Source: Octopus sinensis (Eukaryota). Taken from it: a stretch of DNA of 64,000 bases. Position 1 is the stretch's first letter. Each line of letters starts with the position of its first letter. Location of the stretch: NCBI RefSeq assembly GCF_006345805.1, contig NC_042997.1, positions 174,530,001 to 174,594,000 on the forward strand. Reading direction: 5' to 3'. A program made the translations under genes and the position numbers. Shown here piece after piece: positions 28,284 to 42,645 of this stretch. Under the pieces are notes generated by a model. That model searched no databases and had not been told where the DNA came from. It saw nothing but the letters and a program-made list of their open reading frames with translations.

Positions 28284-29170
28284 CTATCTACCTATTTATC
28301 TATTTATCTATTTCTCTTTCTCTCTCTCTCTATCTATTTATTCTCTCTATTTCTCTCTTTTTCTTCCTATATCTCTCTCCTCTCTCTATATATATCTATA
28401 TATCTATCTATTTCTCTCTCTTTCTCTCTCTCTCTCTCTCTGCTTCCCAGTATCTATCTACTTGTTTCTCTCTCTTTATATATCTATCTCTTTCTCTTTC
28501 TCTCTCTTTCTCTCTCTCCCTCCCTGTATCTATCTATTTATTTACCTATTTATCTCTCTTTATATATCTATCTATATCTCTTGCTCTCCCCTCCTCTCTC
28601 TCTTTGTCTCTCTTTCTCCCCCACCCCTTGACTATTTGTCCTTTTCAACCCCCTTGTCTTTCACTCTTATTCATCTATTTCCTTCCACCATACATCACTT
28701 TTTCTTCATTCTTCCCTCTATGTCAGTTTCTCTCTCTCATTCTCTCCGTTTCTCTCACTCTCATTTTGTCTCTTTCCATCTTTCTCATTCTCTTCTTTCC
28801 CCCCTCACTTTCATTCTCTTTATTCCCCTCACTATCATTCTTTCTCCTTCCCTTCACTCTTTATGTCTCCCCTTTTCACTATCACAATTTATTCAATATA
28901 TTTCCCCCTCAGTTCAGTAGTTTCCTTCTTTCTCTTCCTCAAACTGTCCTACTCTTACTTTCCCTCTCTTTTTATCTCCCTCACTAAATCCATATTAATT
29001 TCTTTTTTTCTTTTCACCTTACATCAGCAGGTCCCTTTCACAATTCTCCACTTGTTCTGCTGTTTTTCATTTACTTTGTTTTCCTTATTCAATGGTGTTT
29101 CTCTCTTCAATGTTTCCACCTCCCTCTCCCTGTCTCCTCTTCTATCCCCCCTCTCTCTCGCTCTATCTCT
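28220..29170. repeat. (CT)n/(CTAT)n-derived polypyrimidine tract
   Basis: Directly visible. Confidence 0.9.
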
Positions 29171-30294
29171 AGGACTTCCGTCGGTCAAGACTAACTATGC
29201 AATCTTCAAATATATGCATAGGTACAGGCCTGTGCAGAATGTTTTTCAAGATAACTGGCAGTTACACATAGATACAAATCTCCTTCCTGCAGAATACCGT
29301 TGTTTATCCACGGGATAGGGCACCGATTTCGGTTAATATACCTTGACGTTAATGTCATCTCAAGTGTTACAATCAAAGATTAAAAAGCGAGAACAGATAC
29401 TGCAAGGTACCTTGCACAACCCCTATAAAAGGTTCACTAATTCACCGCACTGGACTGCTACTAAAATATCGACCTCGAATGAATAAAAGGTAAATCAGTG
29501 AGATTTGAACTCTAACGAGTGTGCGAAACTGACATCTTTTTACCGTATACAACGTTTGCATGCGAATGCACAAACGCATGCCTACACAAGTGTAATGTTC
29601 GTTTTCATTGTGAACCTCTCATGTGCTTCCGAGAATCTAATTTATCTTAAAACTTGTTCAGGTTATATAGGACAGACAAGTATGACACTGGAACAGAAAT
29701 CCACAATACATAAGGAACAGATCTGGTTCCCGCAATACAGACATATTCCTTTGAGTGAACGCGTAGAGATATGTGCAGTTAATATCCAACCAAACTTCAC
29801 ATTTTTCCCCATCTACCAGTACAAAAAATAAAACAATTTCTGTACAAGAACGTTTAAATAAAGAAAATTTGTTCATCGAAAAATGCAGAACACGTCTAAA
29901 TATGAACGCGTAACCAACTTTGGTCTCAGTATATATTTTAATTCATGATCACATACCCATCACTCTACATATTCCATCTTACTACTTCAGCTTTTGAGTT
30001 TTCGTACATGTATTTATCTCCACCCCGAAAGATGAGCAATTACCTCCCTTCTCCCCAATAATAGCGATCACTAATTACCTCCCCTTTTCTACTTCTTGAT
30101 TTTTCTACTTGAATCATTCGTTCAAAAATTTCTTCACCGACGATATGAACTAAAATCTTCTTAAGTAAATACGAAATTACAATAATTTCAATGTCTTGAT
30201 TAGTGAAAGCGAAACCGGTCGACAAATACAATACTCTTTCATTTATAAAATATATTGAAAAGGATATTAAAACTATGTAAATTGTGCATTTTAC

Positions 30295-30414
<120 letters not shown>

Positions 30415-30807
30415 TACACACACACTACATAGGTATACATATATATGTATGTATATATGTATATATAAATGTTTTAAGTATTTTAAAAGCCCAAACAATC
30501 CAAATGATAATAAATTAATTTCACAGTTCGAGGGTTAGTATTATTACCTCGTATTACAATAGTTTATTTCCTTTCGATAAGAAATCTCCGGAAGGAAAGG
30601 TTAGCAATTTATTTTCTAGGACATTTCTTTCATGAGTACTCCTACATCTGAAATGCTGAAATATCAGAGGCCATGTAGAACTAACCGTCGACGTGCTTCA
30701 TTAATCTTTTTATGACTTGCATGGTTTTGGCTTTAAAATATATTTAAAACATTCATTGATACCAGACAAGGCTTCTTGGAAAATATACAACCCTAATATA
30801 TATACAT

Positions 30808-30982
30808 AGGAGTGGCTGTGTGGTAAGTAGCTTACTTATCAACCACATGGTTCCGGGTTCAGTCCCACTGCGTAGCACCATGGGCAAGTGTCTTCTACAA
30901 TAGCCTCGGGCTGACCAATGCCTTGTGAGTGAATTTGGTAGAGGGAAACTGAAAGAAGCCCGTCGTATGTATATATATATAA

Positions 30983-31038
<56 letters not shown>

Positions 31039-31240
31039 TGTGTGTGTGTGTGTCTGTGTTTGTTCTCCAACATCGTTTGACAACCGATGGTGGTGTGTTT
31101 ACGTCGGCAAAAGAGACCGATAGAATAAGTACTAGGCTTACAAAGAATAAGTCCTGGGGTCGATTTGCTCGACTAAAGGCGGTGCTCCAGCATGATCACA
31201 ATCAAATGACTGAAACACGTAAAAGACTAAAAGAGTAAAA
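30808..31240 (+). mobile_element. SINE family B
   Basis: aggagtggctgtgtggtaagtagc head through the aaaagagtaaaa tail. Confidence 0.88.
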
Positions 31241-34114
31241 AAGTGTGTGTATGTATGCACATAATGCTTACATGCGATCTACAGGGCATAAGTATAGCAT
31301 TTTGAAAGTACGTCCAGATGCATATATTAAAATAAACATACAAGCGTCACATATTCTTTCCTTGTATATGGATCCGTGTTTATAATATAGAAATATGCAT
31401 ACAAATTATATACATTAGAATTGTTACAATCCACTCACATTCTGTACCAGAAGTTCTGAAATCCTTATTAATTCGTAACACATTGCATCGTAGAATTACA
31501 TACAAATTTAACAAAAAAATTTAAAACTTATTAAAATAGAAGAAAACTATTGCTTACCATGTTTTATTGACCATACTTGTCTTTAACAAAATAATGAACA
31601 ACACATTCCTGAAACCTTTCAAACATTACTATAGATTTTTTTTTCTATAAAGCCTTACGTTTTGTTTTTAAAAACAGGCAGTGCACCGTTTCAGAACAAC
31701 TGTTTAATGGAGTCTCGTGACTTGTTGTAATTTGCATACAAACCTCCCATAAATCACACCTTGCTGTCTTAAAAAAGGAGGAGCACACGGGATGATGTAG
31801 TACTAGATACACTATGGCGGAAAAAGTACGGGATGTCCACGACCTGAAAGCCTTTGATAATAGATCATTCACTTTAATTAGAGCAGAATTGATTGATAAA
31901 AAATGGCATGCATTATGTTAATAGAGAACCGAACAAGTAACATTTTCAAAATAATTTCTAAATTGAGGTGCAGTTATATTTAACGAGCCCCAGCTTATTA
32001 CTGGTACTTTTTCGTAGCGAAACTGTTAAGCTGAAGATGAAACTGAACAACATATTAACTTCCTCAAGGTTAAGTAATCTACTAACCAGACTGCTCTAGT
32101 ATAGTTGGTATGTGTTCTCTAGAATGTCTGTAAGTCTGTAAAGGTGGTCAATAACATCTGATGTTTGTTATTTGGCAGATTCAGACGTGAAATACATTGG
32201 ACAGAGGACAGGAAGAAAAGTAACTTCACTGTTTTGGTTGCTATGAAAATAGCTATACACGAAGGCATTGATGCGTAAGTAAAATACGTGGGTTGGCTAG
32301 ATTGATAAATAAGTAAAGTAGGCAAATCCTTAACTTGAATAATTATATAACTGGCCGGCAGGCTGGTTCGCTTGTTGTATTGTATGACTAAATCGTTGTT
32401 ATAGCTGTATAGTGGATATGTAGATGAATGGTCGGTCGGTCGGTCGGTCGGTTGGTTAGTCAGTTGGCCGGCTGGTTGGTTGGTTGGTTAGCTAGGGTAA
32501 TGGTTAGTTAGACGCGTGTTTGTATTGATGATTGTGTAGTTGAGTGTCTCGGTGGCTGCTCGGTTAGTCTGAAAGCTGTATGAATGGATATATGTATGAC
32601 TGAACAGATAGAAATATGATGGAACGAATACGTAGTTGTTCCTATATTATTTCATGCATGGCTATACAAAGGAATAGCCGTTCTCAGACTACAATAAGCA
32701 GTTCTAAATACTGCCCTTAGCAATCAGATTGGCGCCGCAATTTATACCTTAACATTGCGAAATGAAATTATCCGAAAATATCTTTAATAATTAATCGATC
32801 ATCAACTCCAAATTTGTGATTCTTTTCTCTTGCTTTTAATAAAAGTGTTCAACTAGAGTGGTTTGCCGTCTTTGAGCAACCAAGCATTGCTTCATATACC
32901 GTTAAGTATAATCACATAGCCATAAAAGAATGATCAAAAAGAGGCTGGCTTGCTCGCTATTCCGAAATTTCAGAAGCTTCAAAGATCTGAAAAATCGATA
33001 AGGAATCTCTCTCTTCGTTTTCGAAAATGACTCCTTGATTAAAAACAATTTACTTCAAAAGTTGTAATCGGTTGATGGCGACCCGTCAGTGACAGTATCG
33101 GCAATCCATTGATGATATTCTACCGCATCTAATCGTATAGTAAATCAACATACAAATATGGCTGCTAATATAACGGTGCACACACACGCAAACTGGGCGA
33201 GTGAATAATATATTAGTAGCAAGTTCACATCTAAGTGAAAAAGAAGATTTAATTGTGAGAATCGAAATTCAGCAAAATGTGGGAAATATATTTCTAGATC
33301 TTCGGAGAATATTGCTTTCTGTCGAATAGTCTGAAGTCAAATTATTGTCGGAGTATCAGTGTTGTTTGAACCGACATCATATATATGACTGATAAATTAT
33401 TTAATACATCTCGTAAGTATGATTTTTTAAAATGTTTCAAGCATTGTTAGAACTCATATCGAAAACAGATGACTGTAACGATCCATCAAATATTTTCATA
33501 AGGGAACCTCTACGTATCCACAAACAAGAAATTGCAGCAAAATCTCATCTCCCTTAAATTACACTATATAGTCTTAAAGAAAGACTAAACACGATGATCC
33601 ATATAAAAGCTCTTACAAAAGATGGTTTGATCATACGTATCCTCGATCAAATTTGCACTGAGGCCAAACAATAAAAATAATTTGCAACTGTTCATAACTT
33701 ATAGCAATATTAATCTAAAATTCTGCAGTGTCGTTTCCAAAGTTTAAAACTCAGGTTCATGTCTCAGTTATTTAATATTCTAGTTCTTGGAACAAAGCTC
33801 AAGCCTAAACGACTCTATTCGAGTTCCCTGGAGCTTGTTTTATTTATTAATGTAGTTACTGTTATATAGTTCCTAGTCAGCACTGATCCCGCAGAAGTAT
33901 GAAATTGTTATGTATATTTAGGACTATATTACTCAGCATGTTTATCCTTAATGACCCACTGTCGTGAAAGGAATTACCCAATATGGAAAACAAAAAAAAA
34001 TGAGATACTTTTAATTAAGTATTTCCTCGATCGACGACAAAGCACGAATATAATACAAACTGACGTGTTTATATCAGGAGCTTCAACACAGTTGGAAAAT
34101 TATGGAATTGCAAA

Positions 34115-34501
34115 TCTATATATATAAAGCTGAAGTTGTCTGTGTATGGCAGGTTTGATAGGCTTCAACTAACACTATCTCCTCCGAGACCCTGCGGCAC
34201 AAGTTGACCAAAATTGAGAGTATGATAGAAGAAGGCCTGCTCTTCATTACATAGAAGAAAAAATTCAAATCGGACCATGTTAACACCAAAAATTATTTAC
34301 ATTAAAAAGGTGCTTTTTTTCTATGAAAATCCCTATTTTTTTACTGCAGTATCGCCATTTTTTTGGTGTATTTCAACCAGAAAAATGTTCACTTAAAGAG
34401 ATTAACAAGCTACATAATGCAAAATTTTTACTTTTCAAAAATTCCAATTCTAAAGGGTCGAAAACAAAACAAACCCGAGCAACGCCAGGCAATACTGCAA
34501 G
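34115..34501 (+). mobile_element. Non-autonomous Helitron (end mutated to CAAG)
   Basis: A|TCTATATATATAAAG start and cccgagcaacgccaggcaatactgcaag|T end. Confidence 0.85.
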
Positions 34502-34997
34502 TGAAACAGTAAATTTATAATCTAGTAATGTAATGAAAGGTTTGTCAGCATGAAATATTCTGAACCCCGCACCCTATGAAGTCACATTGAAAGCACTACA
34601 ATAATAACTTATGCTCCTTTGTTTCCTTAAGATTTGCTACTCACAAAATATTCATGCCATACTAGTTATTAAAGCTAATGCTGATATTGTCATAAGCTTC
34701 ACTCAGTTTCTAGCTGTTTACGTCTCGAAAGGAACCCGCTGCATCATGGCTCCTCCACTTTTATAGAGGAGCTGATCCAGAAAATAGGAATATGACTTTT
34801 CTGTTCATGAAGACCTTTATGTGGCTGGGTTACACTTGAAGCAATTTTTTAAAAAATAATTCATAATTTCAAACAAAAGTCTGCATGACGAAATTAATAA
34901 TTGATATAGCCTTCTGCTAAAACACACTCGCAAGTATATTGTGTTTGTGTCGGGCTGTCAAAGATTTTGCCGTGCATTCCAACCACAAAATATTGAA

Positions 34998-35421
34998 GGA
35001 TCTTTTCGGTTTGAACGGCAGGTTTTTTCTAGCGGTGTCATATGAAATTGTCACCCATAATTATGACCCTAGTATCGATCTATTACATTTCAATCTGTTT
35101 TAGGATTAGGGTTAGGGTTAGGGGTGGGGGAAAGGTATCTTTTTTTCTTCACAAATACAAATAAACCCAATCTGTTTCTTAAACGAGGGACATATTCATA
35201 CGACGCAGAATGTTTTTTTACCTCAATAGACGTCAGTGATTGGTTGAAATTGCAGAAATTGAAGAAAAAAAACAACAAATATCTTACAAACTATAGAATT
35301 TTCTCAATAAAGCCAAGAGAAAAAGATGTTTTATAAACACATTCTACCAGTATACGAAGTTTAACATTTTTTAGTTACCTAGAAATTATGTTAAAAACTG
35401 CCGTTCAAACCGAAAAGATCC
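34998..35421. mobile_element. MITE, 424 bp, GG termini, 8-bp TSD (Merlin-like; hAT/MULE not excluded)
   Basis: Perfect 24-bp TIR ggatcttttcggtttgaacggcag. TSD atattgaa at 34990-97 and 35422-29. Confidence 0.92.
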
Positions 35422-36292
35422 ATATTGAACATGAAAGTTGTGAAAAACTCAGGTCTGCTATAGTTGCGAAGATTGCCATGACTTCATCTGTGTACGTATG
35501 CATATAACACAGAATAGCTATGAATGAAGGGGGTGATACAGTCTACAACTCAACATTGGAAAGATAATATTCATTTGCAACAGCATATCTTCTTAGTTAA
35601 CATTACCAGTCAGTCTTTGTCTCCACTGGCTATGACTAATATAGCACAATCATTCAGACTCAGCGATGACAATTATGTAAAACAATAAATTAGTAGAAGA
35701 GTGAACAGTGTCACAGGATGTCTGTCATTGGCAGACACGGTTTACCAACCACGTCTTTATTGTTCATGATGACATATTTTGTAAAGCCTTTTGAACGTGG
35801 AAAGGTACAACAAAGCATAGTTTGCTTATTATACTCAGATAAAGGAATGAACTGCTGTCTTGATTTTCGAAGATGATGCTGCATAAATTCAATAAGTAGT
35901 AAAACCATTAATGAACCGCTTACGTTGTCCTGTCGGTGTTCTTTAACTTTGAATGATTTCTTTCCAAAATCAGTATGGTTGTGTTACTTCATATCAAGCA
36001 GTACAAAACTATTGCCGTAATTATGAATATGAAGCCTCTTTTACCGCAGACCTAGTACAAGACTTTCTCTGACAATTGGAATTTTTCTGCTGTAGATCTG
36101 TACCTGCTGCTTATTTTCTGTGAAATAAATCTGAAGAGACGTTGGATTTAAAAAGATAGGGACAAAAGGGAACCAACCAAATGTTAAGCCTGCACTTGAG
36201 CACTAGGCGGTTCTGTTATGACTCATTGTGCACAATGTCGCAGAACCAAATGTGATAACTTCAAAACAGGAATTTATATATATATATATATA

Positions 36293-36745
36293 TTTGTACG
36301 ATGTGGAAAATATACCGCCAACTTTGCCCAAACGACCTAAACATTAGCTTCAAGGTTCATCCAAGACTTGGACCACGGGTTATACGTCCCCTGCCAAATT
36401 CAAGATCACAACATACATGTACACTGCAACATAATTTCTTTTCCTCAACAGGCCCTGCCCTATTTAACATTGTCCCGAGGGAGATCAAAGAGGAAAAGGA
36501 TCCCATCAACTTCAAACAGAGTCTGGATAGATTCCTTCAAAGAATACCAGATAAGCCACCCATAATTGGATACAACTCGCCCAACAAGAACTCACTACTT
36601 GAACAAAACTGGATACAACTCACCCAACAAGAACTCACTGCTTGAACAAAACTTGACTTAAACAGGATTCGAATAATCCTATCAGGTGGTGCTATTAAGT
36701 TAGACATGGCCTGGACCAATCTCTGGTCGAAACATATCTAAGTTT
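36293..36745 (+). mobile_element. CR1-clade LINE 3' end (5'-truncated)
   Basis: NFFSSTGPALFNIVPREIKEEKDPINFKQSLDRFLQRIPDKPPIIGY..NKNSLL is a CR1 C-terminus. Tail (ctaagtttat)2. Internal 43-bp tandem duplication at 36567-36652. Flanked by (TA)n and (TATG)n. Confidence 0.85.
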
Positions 36746-36753
36746 ATCTAAGT

Positions 36754-36790
<37 letters not shown>

Positions 36791-36827
36791 TGTATGTATG
36801 TATGTATGTATGTATGTATGTATGTAT

Positions 36828-36858
<31 letters not shown>

Positions 36859-36894
36859 CATATATATGTGTGCGTGTGTATGCATGTATATATA

Positions 36895-37190
36895 CGTGGT
36901 CTGATCAATAAGTATCCAAACTGTTGCCTAGTAACGAAGCTGGAGCACGCAGAGCAAAACTTCTTGACACAGATTGACTTTGAACTCTGCTGTGCATGCG
37001 CCTTAAGTTTTAACATTGTAGCTAACTTCCACTGTTTACAGCAATGCTTGGAAGGAATGTGTGTAGTGTGTGATCGTCGCATTGACCATGACAGAGTAAA
37101 GTTGCGCAGAGAGTCTACATCAAATTTTGCCAAAAGTTTGGCGATACCTGCTCAGAGGCCTACGCAAAGTTTCCAAAAAGTTTTCATCCT
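36895..37190 (+). mobile_element. Mariner 5' fragment (TIR plus transposase N-terminus)
   Basis: TA+cgtggtctgatcaataagtatcc end. Frameshifted MTE/KVAQRVYIKFCQKFGDTCSEAYAK resembles the mariner QRxxIKFC motif. No right TIR found. Confidence 0.8.
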
Positions 37191-38221
37191 TCTCGACACT
37201 ATCAAGGAAATCTTGTGTAACTGAAACTTGAGTGTCGTTTTGGTCAGCTGATACATATATCACGTGACCGACGAGGCTATTAGATGTTGCTATACATCGC
37301 TTTTGCTTTACTCTTCACGTGACGCCACCCCACTGGGTAGACGAGCAGGCCAACAATCTCCTCTGATCAAAGGAGTGGAGCATTGTGAAATAAAGTGACT
37401 TGATCAAGAACACAACGCGCCGCCCAGTGAGGGAATCGAACCAAGGATTTAGCGATCGTAAGTGCAACAGCCCAACCTCTAGACCACGCGCCTTCACACA
37501 CACACACACGCACACGTAGAAACACACACACGCGCATACGCACACACACACACGCACACACATGCACACATACGCATAAATATGCAGACTCATTTATTTA
37601 GGAATGACTTGTATCATATATTACATTTACATACACATATAAATGAATACATACATACATTCGTACGTACACACAAAAGCACACACACACATATACACCG
37701 TTCACACAATCGATTAAGTACAATAAGTACTCACATACATATATGTATATGTAATACATAAATATGCTTGTATGTGTGCAAGTATATCTACTTGTGTCTG
37801 TATGCGGAGAAGCAGATTTTCTCTTAAACATGTATGATTGAATATTATGCAGTTTTTATAACTTATATATATTAAGGATTTTTCTCAGAAGACCTCCTGT
37901 ATATACAAATAATTTTGTAACTAAATTAGACATCAATAGCAAAATAATATATAAAACATACATGACACGGAATAAAGGATATGAACTACACGTAAATTAT
38001 ATTAATTTCCCTAAACCAACACCACCCACGTTATTGAATAGATGAACACCGAAAAACAAAGAAAAAACAAACAAACAAAAACAAAAAAATATTCATCAAA
38101 CAGAAAGCAGCATGCATTAATAATATATTATTATATTATTATATAATCATGTGATGTAATCAAATAATATAATGAAATAACACCATAGAATCTAATGTAA
38201 TAAATAATACATTTGTGTTTG

Positions 38222-38263
<42 letters not shown>

Positions 38264-38489
38264 TATAACACATATATATAACATATACATATATACTGTA
38301 TTTGATATATTGTACAAAATTATTTATATGATAGCATGATATAATATATCTACAGTGTGTTGAGTGCCGTTGAACTCAGGGCCGATTGCAGGAAACCTTT
38401 AGTTTCAGATATGCTAACCTTTTTTCCTCCACAACAATACATATATGAATCTATCTATCAATCTATCTATCTATCTATCTATCTATCTA

Positions 38490-38524
<35 letters not shown>

Positions 38525-38594
38525 TTATCTATCTATCTATCGATGTGTGCATATTACACATACATACACAGAAATACACTCATATAAATACATA

Positions 38595-38716
38595 TGTAGT
38601 CTGATCAATAAGTATCCGGACTGTTGTCATAATAACGAAGCTAAAACATGCTGAATGAAACCGCTCCGCAAGGACTGACTTTAAACTTTGCTCTGCATGC
38701 GCACTAAGTTAAGGAA
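38595..38716 (+). mobile_element. Second 5' fragment of the same mariner family
   Basis: gtctgatcaataagtatccggactgttg...aacgaagct...ctctgcatgcgcactaagtt aligns to 36895-37010. Confidence 0.75.
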
Positions 38717-39093
38717 CTTATATATCTACAGCTTTGGACATATAAACGAACACCTCAAAACAAATTTACAAACTTTAATATCTCCAATTTTGTGTGATCA
38801 TTTTGTCTTCCTTTCTTTCCTGACTAACAGAATACGTAAACATGCCTTTTATTGTAGCCACACAATAAAAAATTGAGGAAGTATGTATCTGCCAATATAT
38901 ACATACTGCACAACTACAAAAACTGTTAACCACAGCAAAACTTTTAAGAAGAAAAGAAAAATTCCAAAAGAAAAAGAAATTCAGAAATTCAAAAATCCAA
39001 CGAGGTGAGCATCTCTTCCTCCTACTATTCTCAAAGACTGGAATATCTACAATTTTCTGTGAATATCTTAGATCTCCCTCAAAATAAAAGAAG

Positions 39094-39957
39094 GGTACTA
39101 CTAGCGAATAGTGGTCCCGGTGCGCGAACTCGCGCACTCGCACATCCGCGCTTGCTAGACGTAAGTAGTCGATCCTAAAACGACTTACGCGTATGCTTGT
39201 ATTTCAAGGCTGAATGCATATCAAAGAAAATTTTTTAATATTTTTCGTAAAAAGTAAATAAAACGCAAAGTAAATAATTTTTTAAACTAAGCGCAGGAGT
39301 GGCTGTGTGGTAAGTAGTTTGCTTACCAACCACATTGTTCCGGGTTCAGTCCCACTGCGTGGTATCTTGGGCAAGTGTCTTCTGCTATAGCCCCGGGCCG
39401 ACCAATGCCTTGTGAGTGGATTTGGTAGATGGAAACTGAAACAAGCCTGTCGTATATATGTATATATACATATGTGTATGTGTGTGTGTTTGTGTGTGCG
39501 TGTTTGTCCTCCTAGCATTGCTTGACAACCGATGCTGGTGTGTTTACGTCCCCATCACTTAGCGGTTCGGCAAAAGAGACCGATAGAATATGTACTGGGC
39601 TTACAAAGAATAAGTCCCGGTGTCGAATTGCTCGACTAAAGGCGATGCTCCAGCATGGCCGCAGTCAAATGACTGAAACAAGTAAAAGAGTAAAGTGTAA
39701 AGAGTAAGTAAATAAATTATTTTTTAAAACAATGTATATATTTTTTTTATACAAATTAAATATTTTTCGAACAAAGTAAATAAAACGCAAAGTAAATAAT
39801 TTTTTAAACTAAGTAAATAAATTATTTTTATAAACAAACTAAGGTTAGGGTTAAAAGGGTTAAAAAGTCGCAGTAGGATCGACTACTTACGTCTAGCTAG
39901 CGCGGATGCGTGAGTGCGCGAGTCCGCGAACCGGGACCACTGTTCGCTAGTAGTACC
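39094..39957. mobile_element. MITE with about 84-bp TIRs, GG termini, 9-bp TSD (Merlin- or MULE-like), containing a nested SINE
   Basis: The left end ggtactactagcgaatagtggtcccgg...gtagtcgatccta is mirrored at the right end. Flanks taaaagaag (39085-93) and taaaataag (39958-66). Confidence 0.9.
39291..39708 (+). mobile_element. SINE family B nested in MITE
   Basis: Complete from gcgcaggagtggctgtgtgg to the aaagagtaag tail. Confidence 0.9.
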
Positions 39958-40699
39958 TAAAATAAGTTAGGTTACTTACATACCTACAGCTTTCGAACAC
40001 ACAAACGATCAGCTTAGGGGAAAAAAGCCTTTATATCTACAACTAATGAGTGTCGACTTATCCTTTCCTCTCTTCCTGAGTATTCGAAAATGTAAACATC
40101 ATCGTCCTTTTTATTCTAAGACCACTACCTTTTCTCTCTGTGCGGTCATACAAAAGAACATATTTAGTTAATCTTAAAACTTTCCTATCTACAATTTGAT
40201 TTCTGTTTTTTTGACTCTCCCTGAATATTCGAAAATGTAAACATCCTTTTCATTGCAAAATTTCTACTGTATTCTCCAATTGGACAGAGAAACGAACTTC
40301 TCTAGAAAACTTTAAAACTTTAATATATTACCCAAATACGGAAACACACCTTTTATTGCAACAGCACACTTTAATTCAGAAATTCAAAGATTCTAGGACG
40401 TGAATATCAGAATATATGTGTGTATATATATGTGTGTATGTGTGTGTATATATATATATTATTGTTTTTTTTTCTACGAGTAATTACAAATAGAACCATT
40501 GAATTGCTTCTTTTCAAGGCAGCGCTCCCAATATCCACCGGGAGTACATTAACACTACAACTACCATTATGATAGCAGTGAAATCTGAGGTCCAACTACC
40601 ACTCTTACCACTATCCCCACCCGTGTTACTGTTGCTGTTGCCGCAAACACTGCAGTTACTACACATAAAAATAATAATATCAGTGATATCAGTGATAAT

Positions 40700-41265
40700 A
40701 ATTATAATAATAATGAAAGGAATCGGGTGGAGCCTCATGGACTGATTAATAATGATACATCTAGTGATGGTGTCACAATAAAAACACTGTAAATGCGCAA
40801 CTTGATAAGCGCTACCTCGTATGAGTGAAAAAGAAAAAAACAAAATATTGTTAATAATGGTGGTAATGAAACTGAAGCCAATGATGGAGACAGTGGTACA
40901 CCCGGTAGGCTCAGAGATTCTGGTCCTGCCCCAGCCTGTCGATATCCAGAAAGGGACCACCACACATGGCGTAGATGGAGCAAGCAAATTAATGCTGTGG
41001 TTATGGAGAGTTACTACCTGAGATGCCCGGTAGATGAAAAGGGTGCTCAAATTAGGGGTTACCGACGATGTATGATCATTGGAGAGAAAATGGATTTTTC
41101 AACTCACGGAACAGAGACCATGTGATGAAGCTAGAGCAATAAGGAAAAATTCCTGGTTCACAGAAGTAGAGCTCGAAGCTATCAAAACCCGGGTCATGGA
41201 AAATAGCAGCAGAGATAACAATGAAAATACAGTTCTTACTAATAAGAGTAATCTCATAGCTCAGT
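40700..41265 (+). mobile_element. R4/Dong-type LINE ORF N-terminal fragment
   Basis: Frameshifted WRRWSKQINAVVMESYYL.CPVDEKG.QIRGYRR, FQLTEQRPCDEARAIRKNSWFTEVELEAIK, typical of R4/Dong N-termini as I recall them. Confidence 0.7.
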
Positions 41266-41266
41266 A

Positions 41267-42044
41267 TTAAATAAAACAGGTTGAAACAAAAATAGCAAAT
41301 AAAATAGCACGTGTGACGTACCAGTTAAGACAATTCTTTTCCTTTTTAATCATTACAGGTGTTCCTACAATCATTGGAATTGTAACCGTCTTGAAATGCC
41401 ACAACTTTTCGATTTCGATTACCAAATCTTTATATTTTCTGAGCTTATCAAATACTTTTACCGAGATATTATGGTCACAGGGTATGCTCATGTCAATCAA
41501 TAAATATATTTTTTTGCTTCTGTGTTTCACAACAATATCTGGTTGATTTGCCTTGATGCTCCTGCTTGTACATACTGGGAAGTCTCAAAGAATAGTTACA
41601 TTTTCTCCTTCAGAAAAAATTTGGGTGGTGCTAGTATCATTTGTCAGCAGTTTTGATTTTATAAAGCCGAGACATTATCTAATGTAGATAGATATTGGCC
41701 AACTGTCGTGTTTTTATTTGCACTCTACAGGTGCTAAAACCTTATATCCATAGTATAAAGGTGATCCACACTTCCGATCCAAATATTTCTTTATCGGCAC
41801 TATAAGTCTACACCATTTTTCATGCCATTGGCTTGATAGTTCCAGGTCAATATACTCTGATCTAGGGCAGCCAAAATAAAGTCTCCACTCTCTGACTTTG
41901 GCCCTAAGCTCCGTAGCCCCTGATGGGTGTGTTTCTGGTCTATATCAAATTGTTTCCTACGGGCCTCATATTTACCATCAGAGGTTTTTGTTCCCACCTA
42001 TCAGCCAATTGTTCAAGCGCATTTTGCATTGCTATTGATTTCAC

Positions 42045-42050
<6 letters not shown>
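41267..42050 (-). mobile_element. R4/Dong-type RLE non-LTR retrotransposon, 3' region, degenerate
   Basis: WEQKPL/GKY, FILAALDQSILTWNY, IYLLIDMSIPCDHNI..K..KYKDL..EI.KLW...TVTIPMIVG and K-IVLTGTSHVL, i.e. the zinc-knuckle region and PD-(D/E)xK endonuclease. Confidence 0.88.

Positions 42051-42645
<595 letters not shown>

Noticed and set aside
29401-29416. Perfect 16-bp palindrome tgcaaggtaccttgca
   Set aside because: Isolated, with no associated structure; could be chance.
35101-35124. Interstitial telomere or chromosome-fusion scar
   Set aside because: Only about three repeats, lying inside a TIR/TSD-defined MITE.
35711-35908. Protein-looking minus-strand ORF (LIEFMQHHLRKSRQQF...)
   Set aside because: No recognisable domain or convincing splice sites.
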